In this document: piece after piece, positions 48,428 to 60,269 of the stretch
How positions within the stretch are numbered: the first letter of the stretch is position 1
Layout: each line of letters begins with the position of its first letter
NCBI GenBank assembly: GCA_038523235.1
Contig: JBCBJQ010000007.1
Span: 32,001 to 96,000, forward strand
DNA: 64,000 nt
Direction: 5' to 3'
Source of the DNA: Cyanobacteria bacterium J06626_4
Lineage (GTDB): Bacteria; Cyanobacteriota; Cyanobacteriia; Phormidesmidales; Phormidesmidaceae
Program-made: the position numbers and the translations under genes
The notes under the pieces: model-generated
What the model was told of the DNA's origin: nothing
What the model saw: only the letters and a program-made list of their open reading frames with translations
Databases searched by the model: none

Positions 48428-50113
48428 CTAGCGCGCTGTGAGCGGCGATGATGACGTGCGCCAGAGTTCTTCTAGCTTGTTCGCTGGGATCGTTAGATAC
48501 AGCACATCTTGATTATCTAGCACGTGGGACAGCAACTCAAACCCATGCAGGTCTCCCCGAGGGGTCTTTATATAGAGCGGCACCAAGTCAGCTTCCTGCG
48601 CAATCTCAGCCGTGGCTCTGCCGTAAAAGGTATGGCCTGGGGTGATTAAAGTGCCCAGTGCGACCCACAGGCTGTCACCAGTGATGCCGTTGCCCAAAAC
48701 CTGGCCCCCCAGGGCGGCCGCCGCAAAGGAAGGGGCAGCCAACTCAGTGGGACTCATCACCCGGTTAAACTCAAACACCTGCTGCACCTGCCGGGCAAAG
48801 TTGGGGTCTTGATTACGCACGACAATGGGCAGCTTGGGCGCTAAACTTTTTGCCATCAGCGCAATCTCTAGATTGTCGGTGTCGTGACTTGTGACGGCTA
48901 ACAGCGCTGTGGCCGTCGGAATATGCACGGCATTCAGCGCATCGGGCAGGCTCGCATCATCGATGATGACGGGGATTTTAAGCGCCCGCGCCCCTTTAAT
49001 AAACCGCCCCTGGGGATCACGCTCGATCGCCACCACCTCATGACCACCACTTTTCAGTCGTTGAGCAATCTGAAAGCCGACAGCGCCTAACCCACAAATG
49101 ATGTAGTGGTTGCGCTGGGGTAGCTGCACGGCATTCCACACCTGATGAAAATGGCTGCCCAAAACGAGGTCATTGAGCAACGCATAAAACACCCCGATCA
49201 CCCCAGCCCCGACCAGCATCATGACAGCCGTAAAGACCTTAATGGCCACGGGGGCTTGTTCAGCGACTTCTTCGTGCCCCCCAGCGCCCGTCAGCATGCC
49301 GACAGTGAAGTAAAGGGCATCGGGAAAGGGGATCGCAAAATTGACGCTAACGTAGGTGAGCGCCGAAACGATGATGAGGAAAAACAGCACCAGGGTGATC
49401 AGCAGCGCGGCCTGGCTCTGGCGCCGAAACTGAGTCAACCCGGCAAAGAAGCTTTTGAGGCGGCGCTCCCAGGAGAGGCGCTGACTGCGAGTGGCTTTGG
49501 GCCGGGTGGCCACGATCAACCGATCGCCCGTCTCTAACTTGTGATCGTGCAGCACCGCTGACACCAAATCCACCTTTTGATGGGCGGGATGGTAATAAAT
49601 CAGCATGCGATCGCGATTGTCCCAAAGATGTCTCATCAGCGCCCCGTTCCAGGGATGGCGATCATCAATGAGTTCTTCGTACATGGGCCAGTTAGCCCCC
49701 ATCAGGTCGATTTGACCGATGGCGGTGTTGCCCAGGGCGGCAAAAGCAAAAATTGGCCCCGACAAGGCTGAGACACTCATCGAGACGTGATAAGCCAGCG
49801 TTTGGTCGAGTCGGCTGCCGAGTCGGCTGTTGATCAGGCGATTGATGATGCGAATGCGTGGATTAATTACCCGCGCTTGGGTCAAAATCGCCAGGTTGAG
49901 CGCATCGTCGGACGACATCAGCAACAGCGCCGTGGCGTCGCGAATGCCGGCTTGAATGAGAATTTCCGGCGATCGCAAATCACCGACAATAATGCCGTCG
50001 TCTTCTCGAGGAAGAGTGCTGATGCCTGTCACCAGTACCCCCTGCCGTTTCAGCAGCGAGAAAACTCGATAGCCCGTATTGCCCAACCCGCAAACAATAA
50101 TTTTCGGCTTCAT
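48428..50113 (-). CDS. Potassium channel family protein with two TrkA-N (RCK) domains
   Basis: 'IIVCGLG', 2-TM segment 'DALYFTVGMLTGAGG', second 'HYIICGLG'; ATG 50113 preferred. Confidence 0.88.
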   Translation of the reverse strand: MKPKIIVCGLGNTGYRVFSLLKRQGVLVTGISTLPREDDGIIVGDLRSPEILIQAGIRDATALLLMSSDDALNLAILTQARVINPRIRIINRLINSRLGSRLDQTLAYHVSMSVSALSGPIFAFAALGNTAIGQIDLMGANWPMYEELIDDRHPWNGALMRHLWDNRDRMLIYYHPAHQKVDLVSAVLHDHKLETGDRLIVATRPKATRSQRLSWERRLKSFFAGLTQFRRQSQAALLITLVLFFLIIVSALTYVSVNFAIPFPDALYFTVGMLTGAGGHEEVAEQAPVAIKVFTAVMMLVGAGVIGVFYALLNDLVLGSHFHQVWNAVQLPQRNHYIICGLGAVGFQIAQRLKSGGHEVVAIERDPQGRFIKGARALKIPVIIDDASLPDALNAVHIPTATALLAVTSHDTDNLEIALMAKSLAPKLPIVVRNQDPNFARQVQQVFEFNRVMSPTELAAPSFAAAALGGQVLGNGITGDSLWVALGTLITPGHTFYGRATAEIAQEADLVPLYIKTPRGDLHGFELLSHVLDNQDVLYLTIPANKLEELWRTSSSPLTAR

Positions 50114-50357
50114 CTCGCGCAATGATTCAAAGCGTGGGACTTGACAATACTCTCGCACGTTGGTTCCCAATATCTATTCATACTCTGTAGCCTAGGGTTA
50201 AAAACGTTGTAGCTTGAGATACGACAGGGGCGGATTGCCGCAATTTAAATGTCTGCCGATCACCCCAAAGGCGATGTAACTCCGCCCTGTGGTTAGCTGA
50301 ATCGGATGTCAGTCCTCCCGCCTTCAAAACCTCGCACTGCCCAAAAAACGCACATCA

Positions 50358-50399
50358 CAAAAGCGCTGCCTCTTCCCTGGTGAAGAGGCAGCGCTTTTG
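50358..50399. terminator. ndhB terminator
   Basis: CAAAAGCGCTGCCTCTTC-cctggt-GAAGAGGCAGCGCTTTTG. Confidence 0.85.
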
Positions 50400-50417
50400 C
50401 CATCCAGTGGTGCCGCT

Positions 50418-52001
50418 CTAAAGCGCGGTGGCAGTGGTTTCAGCCACCGGTGATGTCAGCGCAATCGGTTGAGTGGGCTGAGTCGTATTCGCGATCGCCG
50501 CCCTAAGAAAGGGCGTATGACTAATCGAATTATTTGCCAGCGTAAAGAGCGGATTCGAGAGAATCCCCGCCAGCGACGTGGCTACTACTGCCAAAATCAA
50601 GCTTACCTGCAGTGGTCGTAGCCCCGGCAGATCCCACCGCACGGGCGGATAGTTTTTGATCGCATCGGACATTTCCTGGGGTTCTTTAACCACCATCATC
50701 TTGACCACGCGAATGTAGTAATAGATGGAAATCACGCTGGTCACCAGACCGACCAGCACCAAGCCGTAGGCCCCCGCCTGCCAGCCCGCCCAAAAGATGT
50801 AGAGCTTACCAAAAAAGCCCGCCAGGGGAGGAATGCCCCCCAGCGACAGGAGACAAATGCTCAAACACAGGGTCAGCAGCGGATCTTTTTGGTAGAGACC
50901 GCTGTATTCACTAATCTGATCCGTACCTGTCCGCAATGAGAAGAGGATGACGCAGGTAAAGCCCCCCAGGTTCATAAACAGATAGATCAGCAGATAGAAC
51001 ACCATGCTGGAATAGCCCGCTTCGGTGCCGACCACCAAGCCAATCATCAAAAAGCCCGCCTGGGCGATCGACGAGTAGGCCAATAGTCGCTTCATGCTGG
51101 TTTGGGCCAAGGCAACCACGTTACCCAGCACCATGCTGAGCACCGCCAGTGCCGTAAAGACAAAGTGCCATTGCTGTGACACCAGGGGAAAAACCGTCAC
51201 CAATAGGCGAATAGCTAAAGCAAACCCAGCCGTTTTGGAGCCCACCGAAAGGAAAGCCACCACCGGGGTGGGCGACCCTTCATACACATCAGGACTCCAC
51301 TGGTGAAAGGGCACGGCGGCAATTTTGAAGGCAATGCCCGCGATCGCAAACACTAAGGCGACAACTAACCCAATCGGCGGCGCGCTACCCGTTGTGACAA
51401 AGCTGGCGGCAATATCGCCGAGCTGCATCTTGCCACCCGATAGCCCGTACAGCAGGGAAATGCCATAGAGGAAAATCGCGGAACTGGCGGCCCCAATCAG
51501 CAGGTACTTCAGCGCGGCCTCGTTCGAACGAGGATCACGCTTCATGTAGCCGGTCAATAAGTAAGAGGAGATACTGAGCGTTTCTAGCGAGACAAAGATC
51601 GTGACGAGGTCGTTGGCCCCCGACAAAAACATGCCGCCCAGGGTAGCCGTCAGCAAAATCACCAAAAATTCTGCCAGGGCAGTGCCGGATTGCTCCACAT
51701 AGCGAATTGACATGGGCACCGTAGCCGCCGCCGAGAGCACGATGATGCCGCGAAAGACAATACTCAGGTCATCTCCCATGTAGCTGCCCAAGAAGCTCAA
51801 GGGGGTGGCCGTGTCCCACTGATAAACCAAGGCGACCACGGCCCCCAACATCCCGGCAATGGTGAGATAGGGCGTCCAACGCGACGAGGCGCGTCCGGCA
51901 ATGAGGTCACTCACCAGCACGATCAACAGGGTCGCGACCACAATTCCTTCAGGGAGAATAATGCCCACGTTGAGCTGGGAGGCAATATTCGAAACGTCCA
52001 T
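50418..52001 (-). CDS. ndhB: NAD(P)H-quinone oxidoreductase subunit 2 (NDH-1)
   Basis: '[11 protein letters not shown]', '[22 protein letters not shown]', '[13 protein letters not shown]', '[11 protein letters not shown]'. Confidence 0.97.
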   Translation of the reverse strand: MDVSNIASQLNVGIILPEGIVVATLLIVLVSDLIAGRASSRWTPYLTIAGMLGAVVALVYQWDTATPLSFLGSYMGDDLSIVFRGIIVLSAAATVPMSIRYVEQSGTALAEFLVILLTATLGGMFLSGANDLVTIFVSLETLSISSYLLTGYMKRDPRSNEAALKYLLIGAASSAIFLYGISLLYGLSGGKMQLGDIAASFVTTGSAPPIGLVVALVFAIAGIAFKIAAVPFHQWSPDVYEGSPTPVVAFLSVGSKTAGFALAIRLLVTVFPLVSQQWHFVFTALAVLSMVLGNVVALAQTSMKRLLAYSSIAQAGFLMIGLVVGTEAGYSSMVFYLLIYLFMNLGGFTCVILFSLRTGTDQISEYSGLYQKDPLLTLCLSICLLSLGGIPPLAGFFGKLYIFWAGWQAGAYGLVLVGLVTSVISIYYYIRVVKMMVVKEPQEMSDAIKNYPPVRWDLPGLRPLQVSLILAVVATSLAGILSNPLFTLANNSISHTPFLRAAIANTTQPTQPIALTSPVAETTATAL

Positions 52002-52471
52002 CCGGCTGACTGCTCCAACGAGATAAGTAATAGATTGACCGCGAAAGCGGCGTCACTGCCAGCACTAGTCGCTGACGATCGCCAATCTTCAGGGTTCCAA
52101 TGGCATATTACCCTGGGAACCGGCGTTTCGGGGTACCTCTCGGGGTATGAGTTCTGACTATGGTTGTAATTAACTGCCACCAGGCTGGCCGGTGACCACC
52201 CTCCAGCTCCCAATACCAGCTCAGGCCCGCAATACCAGAGCCTGAATCCTTCCCACCACTCGTGTTTACATCAAAAGATGTGGGTATTCTCGGGAGCAAA
52301 TGCGCTAACTTCGACTTAGCGATCGCGAAGAGATGTGCTAGGAGTGAACAGAAGATGGGATAAAAACCGAGCAATTCAGCCGTGAAACTGAAATCTTAGT
52401 TAACAATCCTTTCCGAATGCTCCGCTTATTCGCTAACGTCACGGAATCTAGGAACCCCCTAACGCTTATCT

Positions 52472-55264
52472 ATGTCCACCCTCGTCATCGTTGAGTCGCC
52501 CACCAAGGCCAAAACTATTCGCAACTACCTGCCGCGCGGGTATCGGGTTGAAGCCTCCATGGGGCACGTGCGCGACTTGCCGCGATCGGCGAGCGAAATT
52601 CCGGCGGCGGTCAAGGGCGAAAAGTGGGCTCAACTGGGGGTAAATCCCGAGGCGGATTTTGAACCGCTGTATGTCGTCCCCTCGGATAAAAAGAAAGTTG
52701 TTAAGACGCTCAAAGACGCCCTCAAAAATGCTGATGAGCTGGTACTCGCGACTGACGAAGACCGCGAAGGCGAGAGCATTAGTTGGCACCTGCTACAGAT
52801 CTTGAAACCCAAAGTGCCGATCAAGCGCATGGTGTTTCATGAGATTACCGAAGAAGCGATTCAGCAGGCGCTCGACAACTGTCGCGATATTGACGACCAG
52901 CTGGTGCGGGCCCAAGAAACTCGCCGCATTTTAGATCGATTGGTGGGCTACACCCTGTCTCCTTTGCTGTGGAAGAAAATTGCCTGGGGACTGTCAGCCG
53001 GGCGCGTGCAGTCAGTCGCCGTCAAGCTCCTCGTCGAGCGCGAGCGGGCGCGGCGGGCCTTCCGTCGCGGTTCCTATTGGGATCTGAAAGCCCAATTACT
53101 GAAGGAACAAGATGCCTTTGAGGCAAAACTCATCACCTTAGACGGCAAACGCCTCGCGACCGGCAGCGACTTTGACGAAAACACCGGTCAAATTGCCGCC
53201 GGTCGCGATGTCGTCTTGCTGAATGAAACGGAAGCGACGGCGCTGCAGGCGAGACTGCAAGCCGGTGCCTGGACGGTCGCCAACTTAGAAGAGCGCCCTT
53301 CCACGCGTAAGCCTTCGCCGCCGTTCACCACTTCGACGCTGCAGCAGGAATCGAACCGCAAGCTGCGCCTGTCGGCTCGGGATACGATGCGCGTAGCGCA
53401 GAGCCTCTATGAGCAAGGCTACATCACCTATATGCGAACCGACTCAGTGCATCTGTCGCAGCAGGCCATTAGTGCTGCCCGCAGCTGCGTTGAGGCAATG
53501 TATGGGCCGGAATATCTCAGCCCCAAATCACGCCAGTACGCGACAAAAAGCAAGTCAGCCCAAGAGGCCCACGAAGCGATTCGTCCAGCCGGTCAAAGCT
53601 TCCGCACGCCTCAAGCTACCGGTCTTAGCGGTCGTGAGCGATCGCTCTACGATTTGATCTGGAAGCGCACGGTCGCCACCCAGATGGCGGAAGCGCGGCA
53701 GACCAATATTACCGTCCAGATTGAAGTGGACAATGCAATCTTTCGGGCTAGCGGCAAGCGGATTGATTTTGCCGGTTTCTTTCGAGCCTATGTTGAGGGC
53801 TCTGATGACCCCGATGCGGCGATCGAAAATCAAGAAATCCTGCTGCCCCGGCTAGCGGTGGGCGACGCCGTGAACTGCAGCGAGCTAGAAGCCGTTGGTC
53901 ACGAAACGCAACCCCCCGCCCGCTACACCGAAGCGACCCTGGTTAAAACGTTGGAAAGCGAAGGTATTGGTCGCCCGAGCACCTACGCCAGCGTCATTGG
54001 CACCATTATCGATCGCGGCTACGTGACAGCCAACGGCAACAGCCTAACGCCCACCTTTACCGCCTTTGCCGTGACTGATTTGCTGTCTAGCCACTTCCCC
54101 GACTTGGTGGATGTGGGCTTCACCGCCCGGATGGAGCGCACCCTCGATCACATCTCCACCGGGGAAGCGGAATGGCTGCCTTACCTCAAGGGGTTTTACA
54201 GCGGCGGCGACGGGTTAGAAACCCAGGTGCACGAACAGGAAAGCCAAATCGATCCGGCAGAGGCTCGCACGGTTGATCTGGATGGCTTAGAAGCGAAGGT
54301 GCGCATTGGTCGTTACGGCCCCTATGTCGAAACAGAGGACGAAAGCGGCCCGGTCAAAGCGTCGGTGCCGGTGGATGTTTCCCCGGCGGATCTGGATGCA
54401 GATCAGGTGACTTTGCTGCTCAAGCAAAAGCTGGAAGGGCCAGAAAAACTCGGCCTGCATCCTGAAACGGGTGAGCCGATCTACGTGCTCATCGGTGCCT
54501 ATGGTCCCTATGTGCAGCTGGGTGAAGCGACTGAAGAGCAGCCCAAACCCAAACGTGCGTCCTTACCCAAGGGCAAAAAGCCCGAAGACGTGACCATCGA
54601 AATGGCCGTCGGCCTGTTGGCTTTGCCTCGTTTGCTCGGCGCTCATCCTGAGACCGGCAAACCCGTCAAAGCCAGCTTGGGCCGCTTTGGTCCCTATGTG
54701 GTGCATGACCAGGGCAAAGACGGCAAAGACTATCGCTCGCTCAAGGGCGACGATGGCGTGCTCACGGTTTCTCTAGAGCGGGCGCTGGAACTGCTGGCGC
54801 AACCGAAGGCCGGTCGCGGTCGGCGCAAAGCCGAACCGTTGAAAGAACTCGGCAAGCACCCCGATGATGACGAGCTAATTGCCGTCTACAAAGGCCCCTA
54901 TGGCCTTTACGTGAAGCACGGCAAGACGAATGCCGGATTGCCGGAGGGTAAAACTGAAAGTGACATCACCCTGGAAGAGGCGATCGCCCTAATCACTGCC
55001 AAAGCGGGCACGAAAAAGAAAACGACCCGTAAGAAGACCACCGCCAAGTCTGGCAGCAAGGCCAAAACCACTGCGAAGAAGACCACCGCTAAGAAAACAA
55101 CGGCGAAAAAGACGACTGCCAAGAAAACTACGACGCGCAAAACGACGACAACGAAGCGAGCTGCGGCCACTAAATCGACCGGCAGCAAAACGACCACCGC
55201 GAAAAAATCGGCGGCTAGTAAAAAGTCATCGACAGCTAAGAAATCGACTGAACCCGAAGCTTAG
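52472..55264 (+). CDS. topA: DNA topoisomerase I with Topo-C repeats and KKTTA-rich tail
   Basis: '[13 protein letters not shown]', 'ATDEDREGE', 'SAGRVQS', catalytic 'ITYMRTDS', 'GRYGPY' repeats. Confidence 0.98.
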   Translation: MSTLVIVESPTKAKTIRNYLPRGYRVEASMGHVRDLPRSASEIPAAVKGEKWAQLGVNPEADFEPLYVVPSDKKKVVKTLKDALKNADELVLATDEDREGESISWHLLQILKPKVPIKRMVFHEITEEAIQQALDNCRDIDDQLVRAQETRRILDRLVGYTLSPLLWKKIAWGLSAGRVQSVAVKLLVERERARRAFRRGSYWDLKAQLLKEQDAFEAKLITLDGKRLATGSDFDENTGQIAAGRDVVLLNETEATALQARLQAGAWTVANLEERPSTRKPSPPFTTSTLQQESNRKLRLSARDTMRVAQSLYEQGYITYMRTDSVHLSQQAISAARSCVEAMYGPEYLSPKSRQYATKSKSAQEAHEAIRPAGQSFRTPQATGLSGRERSLYDLIWKRTVATQMAEARQTNITVQIEVDNAIFRASGKRIDFAGFFRAYVEGSDDPDAAIENQEILLPRLAVGDAVNCSELEAVGHETQPPARYTEATLVKTLESEGIGRPSTYASVIGTIIDRGYVTANGNSLTPTFTAFAVTDLLSSHFPDLVDVGFTARMERTLDHISTGEAEWLPYLKGFYSGGDGLETQVHEQESQIDPAEARTVDLDGLEAKVRIGRYGPYVETEDESGPVKASVPVDVSPADLDADQVTLLLKQKLEGPEKLGLHPETGEPIYVLIGAYGPYVQLGEATEEQPKPKRASLPKGKKPEDVTIEMAVGLLALPRLLGAHPETGKPVKASLGRFGPYVVHDQGKDGKDYRSLKGDDGVLTVSLERALELLAQPKAGRGRRKAEPLKELGKHPDDDELIAVYKGPYGLYVKHGKTNAGLPEGKTESDITLEEAIALITAKAGTKKKTTRKKTTAKSGSKAKTTAKKTTAKKTTAKKTTAKKTTTRKTTTTKRAAATKSTGSKTTTAKKSAASKKSSTAKKSTEPEA

Positions 55265-55312
55265 CGATCGCGCGGAATACACTGACCAGATACGAATGAA
55301 TACACGATTGCC

Positions 55313-55915
55313 ATGTCTTCATTCATTGGGCATAGCTTAGTTGGCGGGACAATAGGGTGGCTTACGTCGCCAGTCCCATACCAGCGGAAATTGATGCGGG
55401 TGCTCTGGGGTGGTTGGCTCATCATCGTTGCCGTGATCCCCGATCTGGATTATGTCGTTCCCTGGCTGCATCCCAGTGCGCATGACGGCTTGCGCATCAC
55501 GCATTCCCTCTTGTTTGCCGCATTGCTGCCGGCCCTGACGCTGCTGGGCCTTAAATTCGCTGGGGTTGGACGAGAGGCCCTTAAACACTCCGGCTTACTG
55601 CTCGTATTAGCTGGTTTTTCCCATATTGGGATGGATCTGTTGGTGGGCGTGACCGCTTTACCGTTACTGTGGCCCGTCAGCGATCGCCTTTTCCGCTTAC
55701 CCTTTGGTCTGCTACCCAGCGCCGGAAAATTGAGTTGGGTCAACTTCTACTTCTATTACAATTTGTCGATTGAGCTGGGTGTGCTGTTGCCGCTCATTGT
55801 CTGTATTTTTATTCGGCAATCGAGAATTTCTGCTCAAGCCCGGTGGGGTTTGATTGCCATCCTGTTATTAGTATCCGCTGGCTTTATGCATTGGGCCTAT
55901 GGTTTGAGTCGTTGA
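55313..55915 (+). CDS. Membrane-bound metal-dependent hydrolase (YdjM-like)
   Basis: 'GHSL', 'IPDLD', 'RITHSL', 'SHIGMDL', 'PLLWP'. Confidence 0.8.
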   Translation: MSSFIGHSLVGGTIGWLTSPVPYQRKLMRVLWGGWLIIVAVIPDLDYVVPWLHPSAHDGLRITHSLLFAALLPALTLLGLKFAGVGREALKHSGLLLVLAGFSHIGMDLLVGVTALPLLWPVSDRLFRLPFGLLPSAGKLSWVNFYFYYNLSIELGVLLPLIVCIFIRQSRISAQARWGLIAILLLVSAGFMHWAYGLSR

Positions 55916-55978
55916 TGGTGCTGATAATGTCAGAAGGGTTCAGTCAGAATTGCTGAACAAGAGTGAATTGTCACCGTA

Positions 55979-57487
55979 GTGGATGAAAGTATGGACGGGC
56001 AAAAACAATCGCCGAGCGTGGTCATCGTAGGGGCGGGCTGGGCCGGGTTAGGGGCCGCCTATCACCTGGCCCAGCAGGGCTATGATGTGACACTGCTAGA
56101 AGCCGGTAGCTATCCGGGCGGATTGGTGGCGGGTTGGCAGACCGAGCAAGGGCGCTCGGTCGAAGCGGGCATTCACGGCTTTTGGTACCCCTACCGCAAT
56201 ATCTTTGGGCTGACCGATGCCTTGGGGCTGCAGCCATTTACCCCCTACACCTGCTCAAATCAATATTCCCCCCACGGGCTGGAGGTCGAGTCGCCGCTGT
56301 TTCAAATGCAGCCGTATTTGCCCAGTCCATTGGGCACCTTTTTGTATACGGAGTTCAAGCGATTGCCGCTGAGCGATCGCCTATCGGCCCTGCCCCTGCT
56401 GTACTCCTTGGTGGATTTTGATAATTCGGATGAGGCCTGGCGACGGTATGATCGCCTATCGGCTCGCGAACTCTTTCGCCAATTTGGCGTGTCGGAACGG
56501 CTCTATAAAGAAGCCTTTGAACCGATGCTGCTAGTGGGGCTGTTTGCACCGGGGGAGCAATGTTCGGCGGCAGCCACCCTGGGCATGCTGTATTACTTTA
56601 TTTTGGCCCATCAGCCCGATTTCGATGTGCGCTGGTGTCGGGGCACCGTTGGGACACAAATCTTTCGCCCGTGGACGCAAGCGATCGAGCAGGCAGGAGG
56701 TCGCATTTTGGCCAATCATCGCGTCACCGACGTGGTGGAAGGAGAAGGAAACCGTCTCACCGCCGTCGTCTGTGGCGACGAAGTGTTCGAAGCTGACGCG
56801 GTAATTTTTGCCGTCGGCATTACGGGCCTCAAGAAAATTGTGGCGAGCAGTCCCGCACTGCGTCAGCGGCCAGAGTTTCGTGATGTGCAAAACCTGGGTG
56901 CCGTGGATGTGCTGGCAACTCGCCTGTGGTTTGACCGCAAGATTGATGTGCCGCTACCTTCCAATGCCTGCTTTGGTTTTCATCAGACCACCGGCTGGAC
57001 GTTTTTTGATCTCAACGCACTGCACGATGAATACCGCGACGAGCCAGGCTCCGTCATTGAGGTGGACTATTACCACGCCAATCAGTTTCTGCCCTTGAGC
57101 GACGCCGAGATTTTGCCCCTGGTGCAGGCTAATCTGGCGGGCTGCTTACCAGCGTTTGGCGCAGCGCGCATTGTCGATCACAGCGTGATTCGTCTACCGC
57201 AGGCCGTCAGCCACTTCGCCCCTGGTAGCTATCGCTATCTGCTGCCGGGCCAGACCAGCTTCAGCAACGTCTTTATGAGCGGCGACTGGATTGTGACGGA
57301 TCACGGCTCTTGGTCGCAGGAGAAAGCCTACGTAACGGGCTTAGAAGCGGCTAATGCGGCGATCGCTCGGTGTGGGGTCGGTGAAGCCGCCACCATCATC
57401 CCCATCGTGCCCGATGAGCCCCACATACAAATTGCGCGGCAGTTTAACCGACTGGGGCGATCGCTTTTGGGGGCACTCGCTAACTAG
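55979..57487 (+). CDS. FAD-dependent oxidoreductase (amine oxidase / carotene desaturase-like)
   Basis: 'VVIVGAGWAGLGAA', 'EAGIHGFW', 'GDWI...HGSWSQEKAYVTG'. Confidence 0.88.
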   Translation: MDESMDGQKQSPSVVIVGAGWAGLGAAYHLAQQGYDVTLLEAGSYPGGLVAGWQTEQGRSVEAGIHGFWYPYRNIFGLTDALGLQPFTPYTCSNQYSPHGLEVESPLFQMQPYLPSPLGTFLYTEFKRLPLSDRLSALPLLYSLVDFDNSDEAWRRYDRLSARELFRQFGVSERLYKEAFEPMLLVGLFAPGEQCSAAATLGMLYYFILAHQPDFDVRWCRGTVGTQIFRPWTQAIEQAGGRILANHRVTDVVEGEGNRLTAVVCGDEVFEADAVIFAVGITGLKKIVASSPALRQRPEFRDVQNLGAVDVLATRLWFDRKIDVPLPSNACFGFHQTTGWTFFDLNALHDEYRDEPGSVIEVDYYHANQFLPLSDAEILPLVQANLAGCLPAFGAARIVDHSVIRLPQAVSHFAPGSYRYLLPGQTSFSNVFMSGDWIVTDHGSWSQEKAYVTGLEAANAAIARCGVGEAATIIPIVPDEPHIQIARQFNRLGRSLLGALAN

Positions 57488-57665
57488 CGGCCACCGTTCT
57501 CTGGTTAATGATTGAAGATCAAACTTTGCTGACGGAACAGAAAGTCAGCAAAGTCGCGGGTATAGCGACCCGCAGTCAGGTTTGGACCCTTTGAATCGCC
57601 AGAGCGCTGGCGGCAAGACCCTTCCCTGCACCTTGAACCCTTCTACCCTCTGCAACTTGCAATCC

Positions 57666-57696
57666 ACCCACCCCTCGGCCCCTCCCAGGAGGGGAA
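57666..57696. repeat. Small dispersed repeat
   Basis: ACCCACCCCTCG-GCCCCTCCCAGGAGGGGAA, shared with 41249-41280. Confidence 0.7.
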
Positions 57697-57705
57697 ATAT
57701 CCGGC

Positions 57706-58866
57706 TTAGTTAGGCGGCCCCGAGGGATTAGAAAACGTGTTGATATAGCCACCGCCAATGTAGGACCCCGGTGGTCGCTGTACAGCAAACGGGGACGGGT
57801 TGACCCCTGGAGTGATCGGCGTAGCGCTGGGAACGACCGGCGTGTAGGGCGTATAGCCGTTGCTGACATCCACCTGCGGCGTGTTGAGGTTGGGCACAGC
57901 AGTGCCGGCTGGCAGCCCCGTGCCGCCCCCCACAGTTGATAGCGGCGCTACCGGTGGCAGACCCGCACCGGCACTATTGCTGCCTGGCAAGGGCGGCATC
58001 AGATCGAGCGAAGCCGGGGCGGTATAGCCCGTCGTGCCAGGTGGCGGTGACATTTGTGGCAACGTTGGTAAAACCGGAAATGCCACACCGGGAATCGTCA
58101 CAGCCTGAGAGCCAAACTCTCCTGTAGGCAAAGAAGACTCGATCGCTGTTTCAGTGCCAGTAGCGTTGTCAGTCGCGTCAGTGGCGCTAGTCGCTGCCGA
58201 AGCATTCTGTGACTGTAAAGCAGCTTCTAAAACTGTCTGATTGCTGGGCTGCATGCCTGGAGCCAGGGCATTTTGACCCTGCAGCACTAACGTCAAGGGG
58301 TTAACGCGGACTGTAGTCGGACTGAGTGACCCTGACTGCCCAGTCGCCGCCGTGCTGTTAGTAAAGCTATTTGAAGAGGCCGCCGGCGAGAGATTCGTGG
58401 GGCGCTGTCGCCCAAACTGGTATTGCTCTAGATACTGGTTGAAGATGCTGGTACTGGGGTTGGCCGTACTGGTCGTGCCGGGTTGCGACAGCGACAGCAG
58501 ATCGCTGGCGATCGCGTTCTCGTCTTCATCTTGTCCGATCGCGATTGATTGCAGGGTCGGTACGCCCCCTGACTCAACGCCCAATTCGTTCATCAGCACT
58601 GACAGATTATCAATGTCAGCGACGGCGGCCTGCTCAGCAGGGGTCAACGTCGAGCGATCAAGCGTCCCCTCAGGCGAAGCCCCATTGTCTTGAGCAAATG
58701 AGCCAAACCATTCCGGGTTGCGGCTGTATTCCCACAGGAAAATGCTGAGCAGCAATACCCCTAGCGTCGAGGCCAACGGCACGGGCCGACTCAAAAAGGT
58801 GAGCCGATTCAGGCTAGAGCGAAGCCAAGGAAACTGGGCCATGTTATTGCAGGGGATAAACCACAA
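57706..58866 (-). CDS. Hypothetical membrane-anchored Pro/Ser/Thr-rich protein
   Basis: One TM helix, 'WEYS.NPEWF', 'ADIDNLSVL', C-terminal 'PG.YIGGG.INTFSNP'. Confidence 0.8.
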   Translation of the reverse strand: MWFIPCNNMAQFPWLRSSLNRLTFLSRPVPLASTLGVLLLSIFLWEYSRNPEWFGSFAQDNGASPEGTLDRSTLTPAEQAAVADIDNLSVLMNELGVESGGVPTLQSIAIGQDEDENAIASDLLSLSQPGTTSTANPSTSIFNQYLEQYQFGRQRPTNLSPAASSNSFTNSTAATGQSGSLSPTTVRVNPLTLVLQGQNALAPGMQPSNQTVLEAALQSQNASAATSATDATDNATGTETAIESSLPTGEFGSQAVTIPGVAFPVLPTLPQMSPPPGTTGYTAPASLDLMPPLPGSNSAGAGLPPVAPLSTVGGGTGLPAGTAVPNLNTPQVDVSNGYTPYTPVVPSATPITPGVNPSPFAVQRPPGSYIGGGYINTFSNPSGPPN

Positions 58867-59276
58867 CAGTTTTCAATTTCTATGGTAGCCGCTGCCAAAA
58901 GTTTATAGGGAAACTGCTGCTGAGTGGCAAGCTGACCAGCACCGTCTACTCCTAATTACAGGCGCAAAAACTATTTTCAGAAGATTAAGGCCAGATCGAG
59001 CAATACTTAACCTCTTGATCTTTTGCCCTTAAGCATGACAACAGATCATACGGCTTGACAAAGGCTGTTATGGCGGTGTCGTCGCGCGCTCAAAGTCGGC
59101 TGACCGCCACATCGGACCAGCTCGTTCTCCCTTGGCATGATGGCAGAGCTAGTGGGGGAGCACGCGATGGCAACTAGGCACCGGCCTGAGTGGGCTACTG
59201 ACACTGCAGCCTGAGCCCGGTCGGTAGCCCAGCCCAGAGATGCAGGATGAGGCGGAACCAACTTGAACAGCGACCT

Positions 59277-60035
59277 ATGGTGCAAAACAAAGAAAGTCAT
59301 TATCAATCAGGGATCACGCTGCAACAAGACCGCATCTTGATTGTTGACGATGAAGCGCTCATTCGTGAGACTGTGAGCCTGGCACTGCAAGAAGAAGGCT
59401 ATCGAGTCGATGTGGCCGAAACGGGCTCCTTAGCGCTAGAGCTGTTGGGCAATCCCGTTTGGAGCCGTTCTGCCGAGTTGCCGCCGTTTGATTTGGCCAT
59501 TCTAGATCTGATGTTGCCAGGGGTGGGGGGGCTCGATCTCTGTCGTTTGATTCGCCACCGCAATTGGGATATCCCCGTATTGATTTTGAGTGCTAAGGGC
59601 AGCGAGACCGATCGCGTCGTGGGCTTAGAAGTAGGCGCCGACGACTATTTGGCCAAGCCCTTTGGCATGCGAGAACTGATTGCGCGCTGCCGGGCACTAT
59701 TGCGGCGTTATCGACGCGCCCAAGCACCCCCCGACGCCTCGGTGCTGATCTACCGTGATATTGCCCTGTATTTGAATGAACTGCGGGTCACGGTAGACGA
59801 CCGCGAGGTGGCCTTGGCACCCAAGGAGTTTCGCATTCTCGAACTCTTTATGAATCATCCCAATCGGGTGTGGAAGCGGGAGGAACTGATTGACCAGGTT
59901 TGGGGGCCAGACTTTATGGGCGATCGCAAAACCGTTGATGTTCACATTCGCTGGCTGCGTGAAAAAGTTGAGGTCGACCCCAGCAATCCGCAATACATTG
60001 TCACCCTGCGCGGCTTTGGCTATCGCTTTGGCTAG
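59277..60035 (+). CDS. sphR: OmpR-family response regulator, SphR/PhoB-like
   Basis: 'SETDRVVGLEVGADDY..KPF.MRELIARCRALLRR', 'KTVDVHIRWLREK'. Confidence 0.75.
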   Translation: MVQNKESHYQSGITLQQDRILIVDDEALIRETVSLALQEEGYRVDVAETGSLALELLGNPVWSRSAELPPFDLAILDLMLPGVGGLDLCRLIRHRNWDIPVLILSAKGSETDRVVGLEVGADDYLAKPFGMRELIARCRALLRRYRRAQAPPDASVLIYRDIALYLNELRVTVDDREVALAPKEFRILELFMNHPNRVWKREELIDQVWGPDFMGDRKTVDVHIRWLREKVEVDPSNPQYIVTLRGFGYRFG

Positions 60036-60133
60036 GATCGCTGAATCGCCTCAACCTTTGCAATTGCTTAAGTTTGAAAAAGTCGTGACCTATTCTTCCC
60101 AGACCGCCGCTACGCTTAAATTTATTTAGACTC

Positions 60134-60251
60134 GTACCAGTTCTACAAATTACAGCTACACATACAAATCAGCTTCGACTCCGCTCAGCCGACGTTCCTT
60201 GAGCGGAGTCGAAAGGAAGATCTGTAGTCCAGTTTCAGAGAATTGGTATTA
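60134..60251 (+). mobile_element. 118-bp MITE-like element, copy 2
   Basis: GTACCAGTTCTACAAATTACAGCTAC ... TGTAGTCCAGTTTCAGAGAATTGGTATTA; interior hairpin CTTCGACTCCGCTCA/TGAGCGGAGTCGAA. Confidence 0.7.
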
Positions 60252-60269
60252 CACCCAAAGGACAGGCTG

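Noticed and set aside
55010..55260. Low-complexity AAG/ACC repeats at the end of topA
   Set aside because: Encodes the known Lys/Thr-rich basic tail of this topoisomerase I type; not a separate element.
58980..59035. Pho box upstream of sphR (CTTAACCT)
   Set aside because: One good half-site only; the required 11-bp-period repeats are not present.
60243..60269. TTG start of the second MscS in the ORF track
   Set aside because: It lies within the terminal repeat of the 118-bp element; a downstream start (GTG 60270 or ATG 60315) is more plausible.
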